The notes below the pieces were generated by a model. The model saw only the letters and a program-made list of their open reading frames with translations, was not told where the DNA came from and ran no database searches. DNA of 64,000 nt, from NCBI GenBank assembly GCA_027923505.1, contig BROI01000013.1, positions 1 through 64,000 on the forward strand, written 5' to 3'. A program made the position numbers and the translations under genes. Position 1 is the first letter of the stretch. Each line of letters begins with the position of its first letter. The stretch is from Mayamaea pseudoterrestris (Eukaryota). This document shows positions 60,885-64,000 of this stretch, piece after piece.

Positions 60885-63163
60885 ATGAACGAATGTTTGA
60901 TTCTTTATGCGACACAGTCAGGAAGAGCGAAGGCTTGCGCTAGGCGAACGGCTCGGATTCTTCGCGAGAAAAATGTTTGGCTTTGCAACGGCAGTGGATC
61001 TTCCTTTGAAGACGATTCCATTTTGGAATTTGCCAAGCAGTCGACAGAAATCAAAGCAAACAGATTCCTACTTCTCTTTGTCAGTACGACGGGAGACGGA
61101 GAACATGTCGATGCAATGCGAAAAACGTGGAAGCAATTGTAAGTCTCTGAACTTGTCGTGCCTATGTCGCAGGTGTCTGACCTTGATCCAAGAGACTGAT
61201 CAATGCATAGTATTGTTCATCATTTCTCACTCGTCGTCCGTCCAACAGAATCCAAATATCGCTGCCTAAAGACCTTTTTCGCGAAGTCAAATTTGCGCTA
61301 TTTTGCTTGGGAGATCGAGCATATGGAGATCAGTTCTGCGCGGCTGGTCGCAAGTTGGCTGCTCGATTGCTGCAGCTTGGTGCGACTTTGCTCTGCGAGC
61401 CAGGGTATGGAGATGATTGTACACCGAATGGAGGAGTTTTTTGTGACTTGGATGATTGGATCGAAAACTGTCTAACGTCAGATATATCAGCATCAAACAG
61501 CTTGATGCAGACGCATGATATTTCCACCGATGCAAATACATCGTTGGCCAGCTATCGCATCTCACTTGCCGAACCACAATCAAGCGCTTTGGATCAGTCA
61601 CCAAAAGAAGAATGGCAGCAATACCAATATATTCGGTGTTACCAGTCCTACTTCTCCCACTTGCGCCCTTTGACAGCGTACAGATACGAAGCCGGCGCTG
61701 GTGCTGCTGCTGCGAATAATTGTTGCGATTTGAGCGACGCCCCAATGCTTGCCAATGTCCTTGTCAATGATCGAATTACATCGCCAAACTGGAACCAAAA
61801 TACACGTCACATTGAGTTGCAAGTAAGTAGCCAAGTTTCTTCTTCTGCTTTAGCCAATTTTGATACGATGCCAAGAACCAAGCGTTCACAACTTCCATAT
61901 CGCGCTGGCGACGTCGCCGTCGTTTTACCCAGCAATACACCCGACAGCGTCCGGCGCTTGCTAAAGGCGCTACCGGAAAGAATTCAAAAAATGGCAGACA
62001 AGATACTGCTCGTGGAGAACATTAATTTCTCGGCTGTGAAAGGAGCGACTATATCGTCGGCTTGCACTTTTTGGCCAGGCCAATGCACACTGCGAGGCTG
62101 GTTGGCTTATTGTGCCGACATCCATGCGCTTCCGGAACGGGAAGATCTTCGAGCATTGGCAAGCTACTGTTCACTTGATCATGAGCACGGCATGGAGCAA
62201 GCAAACAAGTTAATTTCGCTCAGTGAAACGGCTGGTGCAGCTCTTTACGCCGACTATGTCTTGCGCGAGAAGCGAAGCTGGCCAGACGTGCTACACGATT
62301 TTGATTCGATTCGAGCAGCTGGTTCCAAACTTACAGTAGAAGGTTTGTTTGGATTGATTGGGCCGATACGGCCTAGAGAGTTCAGCATTGCCAGCAGTCC
62401 GTTGGAAGTCTGCGAAATACTCACGGACAGCAGTGATGAAGAGACGACCCAGTGGATTGTTCGCTTGCACCTTTGCGTCGCAGTCGTCGAGGGAAGGACA
62501 CCGCTGGGACGACATTACCAGGGCTTGTGCTCTAGTTATCTATCGCAGCTACAGACAAACCTGTCACAAGTTCAAATTTGGATCCGTCCAGGATCGTTCA
62601 CAGAGTTGCCATTAGCCATGCCAAGCAACAATGCCGTACGTTTTGAAGTGCCTGTTTTGTTTATCGGAGCTGGGACAGGAATTGCGCCGCTTCGTGGATT
62701 GATCCGAGAGAGAGAGGCGACGCGACACGCCATGTTGAAGTCGTCAGGCCGAGATGGAGCTGAATCACAACACTCGCGACGGTTGCGTGCCATGGAGAGA
62801 GACAACATCCTAATTTTTGGATGTCGCAGGGAACAGGACGACTTTTACTACCACAACGAATGGGCAGCCTTTTGCATGGAGGGACGACTTACCTTGTCAA
62901 CTGCGTTTAGTCGCGATCAGGTGCAGAAGGTTTACGTGCAGCAATTGCTAAAAAATGCTGACGACGAAACTTCAATTGTTGTCAATCACTTATTAGCAAG
63001 GAATGGAGCAGTTTATATTGCCGGAAGTCCAAGGATGGCTCGTGCCGTGAAGGATGTCATTGTTATTTCGCTCGCTCAAGCGCTCGGGAGCGAGCAACGG
63101 GCAAAGCAACTGCTCTCGAACTTGCAACGAGCTGGCTACTTTAGCATCGAGGCTTGGTCATAG
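60885..63163 (+). CDS. NDOR1: NADPH-dependent diflavin oxidoreductase 1 (Tah18/NDOR1), intron 61139-61248
   Basis: ILYATQSG, VSTTGDG, LGDRAY, REFSIASS, GLCS, GAGTGIAP, FGCR, AFSRDQ.QKVYVQ and C-terminal EAWS. Confidence 0.93.
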
Positions 63164-63600
63164 AACTATACGTGTACAATATACCGGTAGCATATATAAT
63201 CCAGCATATCAGTCTGTATAACAATAGTTAGTATTGCTCTTATTGGCTTGGCAATTTCCAGCACGGCAGATGCTATCGCGCTAAAGCAAACTGATTCACG
63301 TCATTCCAACCTGACAAGCATGCATCAGAAGCAATCTAACATTTCGAGATGCTTGGTGATGCGCTGCAAATGTAAAGGACAGCCCGTGGCCCGTGGGTGG
63401 TTGCTCCTGCCGGTATTATTCACAGAACTCAAGGGTTAGGAAAGTGATGAGGTTTTAATGTCTCACTAGTTACCGTTGCGATTCGCTTCGTCGCGTCAGT
63501 CGCGATCCATCAATTTCCTTCCGTCGCGCAGCCATCACAATAGCAACTAACAGTCCGTCCAGTCGAGGAGTTCCGAACCTACTTACGACTTTTTGTACAA

Positions 63601-64000
63601 ATGCAAATGAGAGCTACTCGATGGGGCATGGCATTCGTATCGACAGTGCTTACGATTGCCTCGCGACGGAAGGTCGCTCATGCCTTTCGACCAGCGCAAA
63701 CATTACCCCGAAGTCATGGACCTCGTCTACTGTCAACCTTACATGCTGGCAAAGGTACGTTGGTAAAGATATCGTATTGTGAATGGCTGTCGCGCTAGGA
63801 TACTTAGTATGGGCGCTTCCACTATATATTGATTAGGCAAGGGAGGAACCGCAGATGGGTCCGTCAGCAAGAAACCCAAGAACGTTTTTGCGGAGACGAT
63901 TTTACTTCCAGAGACTGACTTTTCACAGCGCGCCAATGCCCTCCAACGAGAACCGGAAATTCAAGCATTTTGGAAGGAAATTAATTTATATCAAAAACTC
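63601..64000 (+). CDS. ileS: Organellar isoleucyl-tRNA synthetase, 5' part; intron 63755-63836; runs off the window
   Basis: Targeting-like exon 1; exon 2 FAETILLPETDFSQRANALQREPEIQAFW matches the bacterial-type IleRS N-terminus. Confidence 0.85.

Overview
Gene-dense eukaryotic DNA, most likely from a pennate diatom. Supporting signs are short GT-AG introns, an AAA-F-type plastid presequence, an S-formylglutathione hydrolase/formaldehyde dehydrogenase fusion and diatom-type copia elements. About 23 host genes are supported, including NOG2, USP5/13, a DEAD-box helicase, a divergent 4-intron histone H3, an OMA1-like peptidase, MTHFS, EXO84, NDOR1 and a partial organellar IleRS, plus one tRNA-Val(CAC). 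The window also has three arrays of one 42-bp minisatellite and three LTR retrotransposons with identical LTR pairs: a copia at 1-5206, a gypsy at 44054-56011 (minus strand) and a second copia nested in the gypsy integrase (44854-51436). A probable LTR+PBS remnant of a fourth element sits in the gypsy RNase H. The most striking signal is that none of these elements has a canonical TGG primer-binding site. The first copia's PBS position is the exact reverse complement of a 15-nt segment of its own LTR, an architecture like Tf1 self-priming. The nested copia and the remnant have PBSs complementary to the anticodon arm of a tRNA-Asn, suggesting half-tRNA priming. The gypsy has a palindrome at the PBS position and gag-TGA-pol in one frame.
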